Below, piece by piece: positions 11,201 to 24,805 of a DNA stretch of 64,000 nucleotides. Location of the stretch: NCBI GenBank assembly GCA_001600815.1, contig BCKZ01000006.1, positions 807,048 to 871,047 of the forward strand, in the 5' to 3' direction. The position numbers and the translations under genes were made by a program. The DNA comes from Alloascoidea hylecoeti. Lineage: Eukaryota. The notes under the pieces are model-generated. The model made no database searches. It was not told where the DNA came from and saw nothing but the letters and a program-made list of their open reading frames with translations. The first letter of the stretch is position 1. Every line of letters begins with the position of its first letter.

Positions 11201-14200
11201 ACTTAATTAAAGGTTATATTAATATTTGCTCATCGCATATAGTTATAATATGCATATGGCATCAAACTCGACGATGTTGCAATTTATATACTACATCTAT
11301 ATTTGCATGTCTCTTAATACTTTGAATACATGTAATTCTCATGCTATTCCCCTAATATACACCAGAGCCTTTAACTAATTTGCATCACTCACGTGGACCT
11401 CGGGGAGCAGGATAGAAACTTTAGATCAGATAATATAACTCCACAAGTAGATCAATTTTGTAAATTCCTGGTAACATTTATCCGATGTTTGCTTCCTAAA
11501 CTATTCTCGTTCAAATCTTCAATTAACTCTCTAAATTACTCAGAAATGTTATATGACAAATAACTATTAAATATACCGATATACCATAATCAATAGTGTG
11601 TACATCTCCGAGCTCGAGTGGTCTTAATATTTTATTCGCAATTGAGTGAAAGTATTTTATATTTTTCTTTCATCTTATCATTAAAGACTTATAAAGCTTA
11701 TATTAGCAATAGTGAATCTGAAACTACTTTTTGATAAAATTATGTATAATTTTAATTAATATTAATATGATAAAGGACATAATATCCAAATCTGGTGTAT
11801 TTAAATAATCAGTATATTTTTGTATTTCAAACTCACAATTTGTATAAAATCATAATCTTCAAATTAAATTTTGTAGATAGTGAGTATTTAAATATAGGTT
11901 AGGAATCTAAATTGAATATTAATCAGATATGTGGTCTATAGGCCTATATTATAGTTACATATATTTTATGTATGGCAGAATATTCTTCTTAAGATTAGAG
12001 AATGTTAATGCTGTTTGATGCCACATTATTATAATTAATAGTAATATATGATCACGATTCACGATATAGATATAACCTTATAGACTTTCATACTTTTCCT
12101 ATCAAAATGCATTTTTTCTGTAAGAAGAATTTCCCGCTCTTATCGATATGATTATCGTTATCAGCTAACGACTTACGCACGCACCTTTATACCGGTATAT
12201 AATTGTGAATTCTGATAAAAAGATCAAGTGTTGTGTATAGGCATTATTATAAGTTATATCATACCGGAGTAATCCATCTTTAATAAAGAAGAGTTCTAGT
12301 TTATGATAAAAACAAAATGAAAAATGTGGCGAAGAAGTGAACCGCTCCGCAATTGCAGGGGAATATTGGTACTCGAAAGCTGTCGACAGGGGTCGTGCAA
12401 CTTTTTGACATAACAAAATATTAATAAAATTTTAAAGAGATTCACGATAAAATAGCTCTTCACCTAATGTTTTTATTAAATGCTCAATTAATTTTCTCCT
12501 ATATATGTGAAAGAAAACAGAAAACAAATATATGATTAAACTGATGAAGAAACATGATAACAAAATAATAATAATTAAATATAAATGAACTATATTTTAC
12601 ATCAATTGCAATATACATAATATCAACAAACACAAAAGTTTCTAATTTATTACTATTTATTAGTATTATCGATCGAATTTACTCCATAGATCTATATAAA
12701 TACCAGCTTATATGAGTGATAATATATTTACTGTATGCACTTGATATATAAAACTATAGCTATACTTTTATCTACATTGCGCAATACAAATTAATTAATT
12801 TAATATACATATCGGGTTTATAATTTATATTGGAGTAACCAAAAACTGCAATTGTTGGTGTAGGTTTTCTAATTGAATACATTATGATTAATTAATTATA
12901 ACTTAAATTGTGAATTTACATTATGTAGCCGATGTGTCAATATCCATTGCATTTTTGCAAATAACAGCCGCTATGTAATGTGTTAAGTTGGCCTAATTAC
13001 CGATTTTTTTCCTTTTTATTTTCCATCTACTTCGTAATTGGATGAGATATGATGTATAGGTATGCTGCACTTTTTTTTTACACATACTGGCTACCGCCAT
13101 TAATGTAGTTCAAATATATCGGTAATCTTTGGTTATCAATTGCCAATTACAGAGTTTGACTAGACTAGCTTTATGGTAGATCATGGATTGGTAATTGTAC
13201 GTAGTGATACTAATGAGCGTGCGCCGTGTGACCACTTCATAGTACTTCATACATGTATTTCTCGGAAAAATTGTTAATAATAATTATACATCAGTAGTTG
13301 TGAAAAAAAATTCTGTTGTGTGTGTGGGGGGTTGAAATTAATTAATTATTATCAATTTATCATTATTACATTAAATTTTACTTCAGTATGATCAGTATGA
13401 AACAGTATTATCACACTAGCAAATTTTAATATATTTAAGAAAAGTAATGAAAACATTTAAAATATTTTTTCTTTGTCGAAGTTTCGATGACAAGAACACA
13501 TGTAAATCTATATCACAATTTAGGAGCTCAAAAGCTCTCCGGTTTAAACCGTAACTGATTCACTGATATATCCTTAGATAACGTTTAATAAGAGTACAAC
13601 TTAAATGTTGTAATGGATTAGTGATGACAAGGTACCAATTTCTCAGTATGGTACTGAATAATATCCTCAAGTCTTCATTGTCATTTGCCAATTGCAATAT
13701 TTATTTGAGCGATAACATCTCTCCCTTCTATAGCGAAAGAATTTATGACAATAGGCGAAATTAACAAAAAAGTAAATCATCGGATATTTCAATAATCATG
13801 AAATGAATTTCTTGTTATACCCTAGTGTCAGTACCTAGGCCCCGTTATAATTGTTAAATTTATGCTTGTAATTGCAAATGGAGTACCAACAATCGGTACT
13901 TAGAGGCATGACTGTGACTGTAGTATATGGTAGTCGTTTCATATCTATATGAATAAAAATTTTACATTTAAAAATGAAGTTGAGGTAGCTGGATCATAAG
14001 TGATATTTAGTTGGGGGTAGTTAGCTATACCTTCCAATATAAAGTCACTTAATAAGTCAATGCATCAAATTTTAGTTTTTTATTGTAGTTTGCTATTTAT
14101 TGCCTAGCTATATGCGAGTTCCAGCAAGCGTCTAAAATTCCATTTCACTTAAATAGTGTTCAATAATTTTAACATAGTTAAAAGTACTATCAGGATAACT

Positions 14201-14666
14201 AAAAGCTGTTAAATTACAATTACAATCTCATCCATTGTTGTATTCAATAGATAATAAAACTAAAAAAGTGTATTAATATTGCAATTGTTAATGAGTTAGT
14301 ATATGTAAAATATTCTGAGTTCTGATGTGAGTACTTGTAGCTGATGCCAGTAGCCGGTAGCTATACCAACCCCCCACTTTCAAAAGTAATTAATTACAAG
14401 TGCAATTGACGAGTACTCTAAACTATTTAAATTCACAATTGAATCATAAGACATAACAACTAGCAATTAAAAAGATATTGGTGATGACCTTTTCCACGTG
14501 ATGATGCTAGATCCTGTTTCATGCGTCATAAAGATCTAACAATACAAACAAACAAAGCACATAAACTTTTTTTTGATTCTCCAAATATAAGATTTCCATT
14601 TCCTCATTTTCTTTTTTTTCCTTTTCTCCATTTAACACTTTCAGTCATATTTTTTTAAGATCTAAA

Positions 14667-15715
14667 ATGAGCGCTGTCTTAAGATCCATAAGATCGATTG
14701 TTCCTCTTATTTTACTTGCAGGGTATGTGTAACATGAATATGCATATTTATTGATGTCATAATATTAATCTTTTTCAAAAGAGCAACGTTGATGCTTCTA
14801 TTCATTGTTTTGAGCGGTGGAACTGAACATCGACCATTTAATCGATGGTACTGGCTTGAAGCTGATACTTCTTCCATTGCGGGAGCACCGGATACAACAA
14901 GATGGACTACTTACAATTATTGTGATGCCACCACTGGCATTAATACGGACTGTTCACACCGTAAGGCTGGCTTTCCATTTTCTCCAAAGGACAATTTTGG
15001 CACCACCGATGGTGTTCCATCTCCCTTTGTTGATCATAGAAATGTAAGTTATGATAATGTTTAAAATTGTATTCCGAATCGAAATATGAATTGCTATTCT
15101 CGACATACATGTGTGGGAAAACAGAATTATGATATCTGAATATTGATATTAACCTGCTTTATTTATTTCTAGTATTACTATCATACGTCTAGAGCTGGAT
15201 GGGCCTTTTTTTACATTGGTCTTTTCTGTACTGTAATTGCCTTATTCATTTCTTCTTGTGCTTGCTTTACATTCTTAATTGGAATTATATCAACTATAAT
15301 AACGGCTTCAGCACTCGTTTCTACTATTATTGCCGTTGTTCTTTATACTGTTATCTACGTCAAGGGAAGGAACAAATTTAGAGATGATGGTGATCATGCT
15401 AAACTTGGTGTAAAACTATTTGCATTTGCATGGACGGCAATTGCTTGTCAATTACTATCATTAATTGCCGGTTGTTTTGGAAGTTTCTTTGGAAGGGAGA
15501 AGAAGGAACAACAAAATGAATATCCTTATGACACATATGATGATCCTGTTACTGGAAATCGTGGACCTTCATCTGATACCGATAAAGAAGGGAAATCTTC
15601 ATTTGAAAGAGAAAGCGGAAGGCATGGTAGTAGGGGTGTTTCATTCTTTAGAGTTAGAAAAATGAATGAAGCTGGCGAACAACTCGAAGAACCTCAAACT
15701 GTTGCTGTTCACTAA
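14667..15715 (+). CDS. SUR7: SUR7/PalI-family tetraspan eisosome/MCC membrane protein, 286 aa; exons 14667-14722, 14782-15043, 15173-15715
   Basis: Introns GTATGT..AAG (14723-14781) and GTAAGT..TAG (15044-15172) join in frame. Motifs WYWLEADTSSIAGAP-TRWTTYNYC, FPFSPKDNF, YYYHTSRAGW, AKLGVKLFAFAW. Confidence 0.88.
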
Positions 15716-17359
15716 ATTTAATGATCATAAAAATCAATCAACAAAAAAAAAAGGGAAATTGAAGAAACCTTAGCGCTTAGGTATAATTGAAACCAAGATT
15801 CAGAATAAGCTTTTAATTTCTTCATAGTTTGTCTGGGGTAAAAAAATATTCTTTTTAATAATCAATACAAAGTAAATCGCAAATTTCAAAATACCCTTCA
15901 ATTGATATTTGTAATTTATTTACCCCATAGTTATAACTTTTATTTTTTTTATATATTTTTCTTAATACATCCACTAATAATAACCATAAGATCTTATAAA
16001 TTTATAATTATAACGTAGGAAAACACAGACAAACTTAAAAATCTACAGGTTTGGACAAATAAGTAATATCAAGGAACCTTGGGAGGAACAAGCTTAAGGA
16101 TGGTGAGTAAACAAAAAAAATGACGTATCTATAGTATACAATTTATCGAAAATTTCAAACGATTATAGTTTCGGGAACTGTTTTATTTAACACAATATTC
16201 GTATATGTCTGCATTTGTACCCACAACATTAGTAATTAGGTTTCAACTTTAAGGTTTGATTGCTGACAAGTATGGATAAAGTAGCAATATGATTATATGG
16301 TCAGCGTGAAAACAACATGTTCAATCCCCCCGACAAGAAAGCTCTAAATCGCCGAATCAATGTTGAATGAGTTTGTCTTTCGACGGCAATATGAATATCA
16401 CATACCCAAAATTGGAGTTGTGACTGAATCATTGATATCGATATATATACCCTCAATTTATGCCATTCATTTCATATGGATTCTGACATCACCCAAACTC
16501 ATTCCTTTGAAGTTTCTATAATTATACACATGCTTTTAGATAAAGCGTAGATCTAGATATTAATCTTAAATGCCGAGTATTCAAATATACTGAGAACCAT
16601 GGCCAAAACCAAGAACAATTTGATTTCCATTAAATGTGGCGAGTTGTTTTTCAGAAGAGAAATCAACGTATAAACTTACATAACCTTTATATATGCATTC
16701 AGGATAGGCGTTAATCTGAATGTGCTACCGATTTCCGATATTTCATTTTTATTCTCTTCCTTTTCACTGCCACTCTCTTCTTTGTCATCAACTTTCTTCG
16801 CTCCATAATATTTTGTCTTCAAACTATCGAATATCATCAGCCGTCGTATCAAATAATTCTTATCTGCTTTTATTCTTCTTTTTTCTTTAACAATGAGTTA
16901 TATAGCATTATTTATGAAGGTTATTGTGAGACATGGATAGGAAATCTCTGGATAATGTATACCCAAATGCTAACAATAATAATCCTGGGTAACTAAACAA
17001 GTAGTTAGTAATGATTACATTCAATATCAAATATAAAATGTTGTTGTCTCCCAAACCTATTGTCGATTGCATTTAGAAGTGGACATTCCCAGAATAAAAT
17101 ACCTTGAAAAATATACGGTATATCTTTATAATATATTGAATGGTTATATTTTATTATACAAATGGTTACGCGCCATCTAAGCTATTAACAATTTATTCCA
17201 ATTTTGTATACATCTTCACTAATAGATTTCAATGATGACGCTAAACTGTCCAAATTTGTAAAGTCTGTTACTACATCTTTGTCAATGGAGAGAATTGAAC
17301 AAATTTCAAATTTCTATCATCTACAAGTATACTATAGGCTTATATGAAGTTATTATCAA

Positions 17360-19023
17360 TTACTCCCATTCAACAGTTGCTGGGGGTTTAGAAGTGATAT
17401 CTTGGACAACTCTTGCAACACCTGGAACTTCATTAACAATTCTTCTTGCAACTTTTCTTAAAAATTTGGTATCGAAATCATACCAATCAGCAGTCATAAA
17501 ATCCACTGTTACAACCGCTCTGAGAGCAATAACCTGATCATAGGTACGTTGATCACCCATAACACCTACTGTTTTAACTGGTAACAAACATGCAAAGGCT
17601 TGACTGATTTCTTGGTATATACCTGCAAGTTTAATTTCTTCCAAGAAAATATAGTCTGCTTTTCTTGCAATTTCAACTTGAGATGGTGTCACTTCACCAA
17701 GAACACGAATGGCAATACCAGGGCCTGGGAAAGGATGTCTCCAAACTAAATCATGAGGAATTCCTAAAATCTCACCTAATGCTCTAACTTCATCCTTAAA
17801 TAATTCACGTAATGGTTCAATCAATTTTAGTTTCATATCTTTTAATAAACCACCGACATTATGATGGGTCTTGATTGTCTGTGATGGACCTTTAAATGAG
17901 ATACTTTCAATAACATCTGGGTATAAAGTTCCTTGGAGAAGGAATTCGATTTCTTGCCCATCTTTTGGCTTGATACCAGCAGCGACCCTTTCAAAAACTT
18001 TGATAAAATTATTACCAATAATTTTTCGTTTCTTCTCTGGATCGGTAACACCTTTCAATAGACCCAAAAATTCATCAGCTGCATCAACCACAGTTAAATT
18101 GATTCCAAGACCTTCCGTTAAAGTTTTATGAACTTCTTCACGCTCATTTAACCTCATAACTCCATTATCAACGAAAATAGCATGGAATCTCTCACCAATC
18201 GCTTCTTTCATTAACTTTGCAGCTACAGTGGAATCAACACCACCAGATACAGCACCAATGACCTCAGCGGTTGGTCCAACAATAGCTCTAATTCGATTAA
18301 TTTCAGTCTCGATAAAATTAGCCATTGTCCACGTCTGTTTCGCTTTACAAATATCAACTGCAAAATTTTTCAAAAGTGTTTTTCCTTCTGCTGTATGGGT
18401 GACTTCTGGATGGAATTGAATACCATATATTTGCTCTGTTTCGTGTGAAATTCCAGCGTAAGGTGCGTTATCAGTCGTAGCAATGACTTTATAACCATTT
18501 GGTAAGGAATTGAGCTTATCTCCATGAGACATCCAGACTTGAGTGTTATCAACTCCTTTAAACAAAGGACTACTGGAGTCCTTTACATGCAAAACAGCGT
18601 GACCATACTCTCTCTTATCACTAGAAGCAACTCCCTTACCATTGAGCCATGCAATTTCTTGCATACCATAGCAGATTCCTAATATTGGAACACCCAGGTT
18701 GAAAACTTCAGGATCAGCATGAGGAGCATCATCGGCATATACAGAATATGGAGAACCGGACAAGATGATCCCTTTAGGTTTCCAAGATAATTCTGAAATT
18801 TTTTGAGTACATGGTAACATCTCAGCATATATATTAAACTCTCTTAATCGACGAGTAATTAAATGACTGTATTGAGAACCAAAATCAAGAACCAATATTG
18901 TTTCGAACACATTCGAAACCTTGATTAATGACAGTTAGTATTAAAACTTCAAATAGAACAAGAGAACAGAACAAGAAAGCAGACTGGACCTACCTCTTCA
19001 GGGGTGGATTGAGAGTTAGTCAT
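17360..19023 (-). CDS. GUA1: GMP synthase (glutamine-hydrolysing), 529 aa; exons 19023-18994, 18919-17360
   Basis: [48 protein letters not shown] 74-nt intron (GTAGGT..TACTAAC..AAG) supplies the real ATG exon [10 protein letters not shown]. Confidence 0.97.
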
Positions 19024-19073
19024 TTTTGAATGTTTTTTACGGGGCCTTTTGGTTTCCAAAGAAAAAGAAGAAG

Positions 19074-19123
19074 GAGTCATAAAAATATTTCACTTTTAAT
19101 TTTTTTTAGGTGTTGCGCACGTG
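19074..19123 (-). promoter_or_regulatory. GUA1 upstream motifs: TGACTC (Bas1/Gcn4-like), RRPE-like TGAAAATATTTT, TCACGTG (Cbf1-like)
   Basis: GAGTCA at 19074-19079, AAAATATTTTCA at 19081-19092 and CACGTG at 19118-19123, all within 100 bp of the ATG. Motif match only. Confidence 0.4.
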
Positions 19124-20846
19124 ATACACCAAATCAGACCGTTTTACTGAAATTGGGTTCATAAAAGAATAAGATACCAACACAAGTTTTATCCGGCCCG
19201 CGCAGTTTTTCGAAATGGTCTTGCTTGACCTAAACTTGTACTACTTCTGGGTGGATCTCCTCCTTAAAAGCCCCTATACTTGATCACACACGGTTCATTA
19301 CATCTCGAAGTTTTATTCCATCGAATCTATCAGATCTGAAGATGAGGATAAATTTGAGTCCATTTTCTTATTACAATTCCTCCTCACAATCTTTATCTGA
19401 ACCTACAAAAGAATTGGTTCTTCTTCCTGAGGCGCTGTATATGGAGTAAAGTGTGATAAGGCTATCGTTTCCTTTGAACATATCGCGGAGTTCGCCGACT
19501 TAAAATGAATAGTTTTTGAGTTGCGTTTATGTAGCTCCCATAGGATGTATTATAGCTATCTGCTGAGTTAGCCAGGTTTAATAAACTCTTCTTCTTTGAA
19601 TTCTTGGTATGGATATGAGAAACTAAATGACTTTGAAAACTAAGAATAATTCGCACATCTTTCACAAAACTAGTTCGCTCTATAGTTTGCCATGCAGGTC
19701 ACGTTCGACAACAAAAAATCTAATTATTATAACTTGCTGCTTAATTTATTCAAACTCAATCTCATAACTTAAGGGTTCAGTTATCCACCTTAAACACATA
19801 TATTTATAATAACGATTATAGCCGTGTTTCAACCTAAAATGTGTTTGTAATTATAAATAAATCGTAATTACATCATAGTTAGTCAAACAAGGTAAAGAAT
19901 TGATTGGTTGAAATTCACTTTTGCGATTATAATAATATAGGTTGAACCATTATTTGGAATTGTAATTGTTACCAACTGAACTAACCCTACGATTAATCAA
20001 TTCCAAGGTTATAATTGTGGCATTGGCAAATGCAATTGGGGTTTGGTTATGGATAAGAACTGACATAACAGATTAGATTGATACACATCAAGTTTTATCC
20101 TGCGTAACAAAAACTTATGGTATGATATTATGAACGATAGGATCCGATATCTACAATTATCACAAATATTACTCATTTCAAGTAATTATAAAGATCATAT
20201 GCTTGAAATAATCAGTACATACGTGACAACGTTATAATTCACAAATTCACAGGCCATGCATTATACTTAGAGTTTCTCAAGAAAAAAAGTGTGCTATATT
20301 CTGTATAAGTATAACATTAATACATTGGATATATTGGATCGGTGAAGGGTGAGAGGACCAAAGCACCAATTAGTAGTAGAATATGCCCGTTTCTCCGCTC
20401 GTAAATATTGGCCTGCGCAAAGCAGTTTTGGTTGGTTAACATGCGGTGGCTGCCTGTGCCAACAGGCTGGGTCAACACGCTCAAGCCGGTCACAACAGCA
20501 TCCATGGGGGCCGTGGAGGTCTGAACGAGTGCCACCGGACACACATCAAAGAAATCCCGCCCTGTGTCACCCCCCTTGAAGGGACATGGAGGGCCGTGGA
20601 GGGCCGTGGATGATTCTCCGAGGATGACAGCCGAGGGACAACAGAACAAAAGGACCTGTTGCAGGTTCAGATTTCGCCCCCGTGTGTGTGGAATCTACTT
20701 ATAATTACGAGCAAACTCATTCCAACATCCGTATTAGCATACCCAATTTACCATATTAGTATTGGTATTAATATTTATATATATTTGGGCTCCTCCTTCC
20801 TTTCAACTTTCAAAGTCTTTTTTTTTACTCTGCAATTTTTCACTTC

Positions 20847-22397
20847 ATGTCATTTTCAAACCCAAACGCTAATTTATCTTCTGTTGCCTCCATCCAAGGG
20901 AGACCTTCAAATCTGACCTCAAATGGTTCCATTCAAACAAAGACTTCCTATAGACGACGCAACAATAATAACCAGTCAGGTCTTTCAACTAATAATTATA
21001 CCCGTAAAAATATCCAAAATGCAAAACATCTAAATGCAAACGTTAATTCTTCACGAAAAAATTTCCCCCAACCAATTCCTTCTCCGACTGAGAATAAAAG
21101 AAAATATAATGATCGTTCTGGTTCAATAACTACTCCAAATTCCCTGGTTTCAGTTGAAATCCCTTCTCGGCTTTCTTCGGCTTCTTCAGCTTCTTCACTA
21201 CTTTCTGTATCTTCTTCTGATGACGATACTGTTGTCGACAGCCTAGCTTCGGACATCAAATCTTGGAACCCTTTGAGATCTAATTCATCCCCAACTTCAC
21301 CTCCATTGACTCCAAATAATATCAACACAAATTCCGATTTTCAATTCATGACTGATACTTTTACTAAATCATCTACTGCTTCTACGGTACCAGTCGTTAA
21401 AGAAAAACAGCTTTCTAATAGAAATCTTATTTCGGAAGGTTCATTGAATGGTCTCAGTCCTGCCGTTTTATCCTTACTTCAATCTGAAACAAGACTTTCA
21501 AATAAACCAGCTACAGCTAGTTACGATAATGCAGTGATCAGGTCTTCATCGATTAATTATGATGACTCGAATGAAAACGGAAATAATAGAAGCTCCCATA
21601 ATACAACAGGCAACGATATCCATTCTTTACTTCAAGAACTTTCATCATTTGACCCAGAAATTCAAATAACAACAGAAACTCTTAAATTATTAAAACTTGA
21701 TGATACTCATATTACTCAAAATGAAATTGAAAATTTAACAAAATCTAAAGATATTTTAAATTCTAAAATAACTCCGAACTTTAAATGGTTAACTGAAAAT
21801 ATCCAAAGTATTGATGATGAAGATAAAGTTCATAATCAATATAATGAGCAAAGAATTTTACAACGTCATCAATTACAATTGAAACAAAAACAACAATATA
21901 TACAACAGAGACAATTACTTATTAATCAACAACGACAACAAAATCAGTTACAATTTATAAATTCTGAAATGATGAGTCAAGAGCAGATGTTTAATAGACA
22001 ATTACAAACTTTTAATAATAATTCTTTCATAAACAATAACACTAATAATTACAATATTCATTCTTTTCAAGAGAATATTAAAAATTGCAATCAATTCAAT
22101 TCTTTTAACTCTTCAAATTCTTTAAACTCCTTAAATTATGACCCAAGAAATAATCAGAATTGTAATTATTCATTACCAATTGCAAGAGATTCTCAACCAG
22201 CCATGCAACCAGCATTTAATAACTTTTCCTCAAATTCTCATGTAAATAGTGCTACTATTAGTGGCCCTAATTATCGACACTTACATTTAACAGACAATAA
22301 TAATAATAGACTCACAAATTATTCAAATGTTTCCCCATTAAATAGGGCTGCTTTTATGAATAATTTAAATATGATTATTCCAAATGGACAGTTATAA
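20847..22397 (+). CDS. Uncharacterised low-complexity Ser/Asn/Gln-rich protein, 516 aa
   Basis: Long ATG ORF preceded by a TATA-like tract; Q/N-rich C-terminal third; no domain recognised. Confidence 0.75.
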   Translation: MSFSNPNANLSSVASIQGRPSNLTSNGSIQTKTSYRRRNNNNQSGLSTNNYTRKNIQNAKHLNANVNSSRKNFPQPIPSPTENKRKYNDRSGSITTPNSLVSVEIPSRLSSASSASSLLSVSSSDDDTVVDSLASDIKSWNPLRSNSSPTSPPLTPNNINTNSDFQFMTDTFTKSSTASTVPVVKEKQLSNRNLISEGSLNGLSPAVLSLLQSETRLSNKPATASYDNAVIRSSSINYDDSNENGNNRSSHNTTGNDIHSLLQELSSFDPEIQITTETLKLLKLDDTHITQNEIENLTKSKDILNSKITPNFKWLTENIQSIDDEDKVHNQYNEQRILQRHQLQLKQKQQYIQQRQLLINQQRQQNQLQFINSEMMSQEQMFNRQLQTFNNNSFINNNTNNYNIHSFQENIKNCNQFNSFNSSNSLNSLNYDPRNNQNCNYSLPIARDSQPAMQPAFNNFSSNSHVNSATISGPNYRHLHLTDNNNNRLTNYSNVSPLNRAAFMNNLNMIIPNGQL

Positions 22398-24009
22398 TTA
22401 TAACTTTTATATTGTTTATATTATAGAGTTAATAATTGAATGAACACAAATCTTAAGATGTTTCACATATATATATAAGATATATTTTATCTTACATTGA
22501 TCTCTATTACAAAAACCTCTTTAGTTTATTTTTATTTTTTTATCTTACATTTGACTTTATAGTATGTAGAAAACCATCTCTTATTTATAATCTTTTGTTT
22601 CTTTTTATATTTTCTTAGTGAAATTACAAACTCTTTGATGGACTCTATCTTTTAACTACAATTCAAGGCTTATATATATATATATATATAATTGTTTTCT
22701 ATTTTTCAGCATTCGTTGATGTTGCATGCTTAATTGAAAGCCATGGGTATACAAATAACATCATGATCATTATAATCATTTTCATATATGATGACATTTC
22801 AAATTTCTGGACTATTCTTTTGTTACTTTAGGTATATATATATATATATTTTATACTTATATGCTTTTATTTATTTTATATGATTATACTATGTAACTCT
22901 TGTGAAGATACTAATAAATAATACAGTTTATATTTGGAAAAAGACTAAGCACTAGTAGTAGCTATAATAATAACATATTTTTTTCTTCTTTAGGCTATTT
23001 CTTTCTTTCTTATACTACAAATTTAATAGAAGATGCTATTTTTTAATTTCTCACCATACATAGTGTATAGTCATGAATCATATATAGCCGAAAAGTTTAT
23101 AGTTTATAGTTAATGATATGTTAACTACGAGAATACACAACTCACATTAACACTTTTCAACAATAATCTAATTTTGGCAAAAACAAAAAGTGGTACCTGC
23201 GTCTAGGCCTATATTGAGATTTAAGTATTCTAGAGCTGTTTTTTCGATTCGAAACTTAATGTATAAAGAATTTTACAACTTGATCATGAAATGATCTACC
23301 ACGCAACTCATCAGGTTAACTAGCTAAAACTAAAGTGTAAAGCAGTCTCATTCATATTGAACTTCAACTAATATGATTATATCTTCACATACATACGTTA
23401 CATGATCACTTAAACCTATATGATCATGATCAAAGAAGAGATATATTACAAGTATACTACGGTTCTTACTACTATAAGGTCTTACACTTATGTATATATT
23501 TTGTAAATTTGAATTCCTAATTCTTGAGATTTCAATTGATCGCGATATCGCAATTGGTATAACTCGTAAATGCTTCCAGTATCTGGACTTCCGAATATGG
23601 CAGTCTATAACTGCGACTGATAATTATAGACAATAAATTCTTATTTATTGAACAAATTATTCAGTTTATGGCAACATCTACAACATTTCTAAGGAATAAT
23701 TATAATTTTAAATATCAAATGAGTTTATAATTAGTTTCATACTATTATATAATTAATTAATATTATGGAATTGAAATTAAGTGAGCTGCCCGAAAAACTC
23801 ACCAGTTGTAAATATGTTTGTTTTAATTATATTATCTCTAGGCTTTTAATGTAAATCACTTGGGCGCTCAAATTATATCATGACTAGCTAGAATTAACAA
23901 TATTTTGAAGGGGTTATTTCATTAATGGTCCATCTTGATCCATATTATACAGAAAATATAATTATTAGACCCATATGGTCCCCCAATTCATGCTATTATA
24001 TTCTACAAA

Positions 24010-24805
24010 GACTGTAGGCAGATTTTTGATAGACAAGTTAATTTCAATCTATCGACAGTATTAGACACTTCACTAAAGCCGATAAAATAAAAAGTGCAGA
24101 GAAACGATTTTGGGCCTCCTATCGCAAGATTTTTGAAAAATTAAACCCCACGCAGTGTGAATATTCTTCATGCGATTAAAAGGACAAACTCTCTTTATCC
24201 CGAACTCCGTAGCAGAAAGCCAATTGCAATAAATACTCCTATATCCACAAGGCACCTGGTAGTACGTCTAGCGCTTGCTGACCGTGATTTTCCGTTGGAA
24301 AATAACGCGAAACGATCTCCCATGCAACAGTGCCCAGATACAATGCAGGGAAGTTCATCAAATCGTAGAAACCTTTGTCCAAAAGTTTAGAAACAAGATA
24401 ATATTTATGCAAGATAATGCCCCTATTTACAATATCAAGTCGTGAGTGGTGTGAAGAGGAGGGGATTGAAGTGATGGACTGGCCTGAGGATCTGATACCT
24501 AATTGGGAGTGTGTGAAAAAATTATCAACAAAATAATCCAACTTTTATAAAACTACAAGGACGTAGAGAAAGGATGGCGAATTAACTTCAGCAATACACT
24601 AGAAGCATTTTCGATATTTTAGGTCCAAATTTCTAATTAACTCTACTCCAAAATTATGCCGTAGAATGGCGAATATGCTGGATGATCGCTTGGAGAATAG
24701 TGGTGGCCATGTATCAGCCAAAGATTCATTCTAATATGCTGTAAATGACATAATTAGATAGAGTAAATCCTTTCTTTTCCTCCATACAAAGTATTTGCCT
24801 ACATT
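24010..24805 (+). mobile_element. Decayed Tc1-family transposon, internally deleted
   Basis: ELRSRKPIAINTPISTRHLVVRLALAD (~24202-24282); IIFMQDNAPIY (24398-24430); after a frameshift REWCEEEGIEVMDWPEDLIPNWECVKK (from 24441); ENSGGHV (~24693-24713). Weak possible TIRs: TGTAGGCAGAT at ~24013 and ATTTGCCTACA at ~24793. Confidence 0.8.

Noticed and set aside
12165..12416. 83-aa ORF with LFFIKDGLL (retroelement-like) and TIR-like TGTCAAAAAGTTGCACGACC
   Set aside because: No partner repeat or further motifs found; too weak to call.
16300..16340. GTTCAATCCCCCG resembling a tRNA T-arm
   Set aside because: No acceptor stem, D-arm or anticodon arm can be built.
61..16999. Shared 16-mer CCTGGGTAACTAAACA at 61-76 and 16984-16999
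   Set aside because: The flanks do not align, and about one such match can occur by chance in 64 kb.
19200..19700. Coding-like fragments upstream of GUA1 (similar at 24950-25340)
   Set aside because: No consistent frame or recognisable family.
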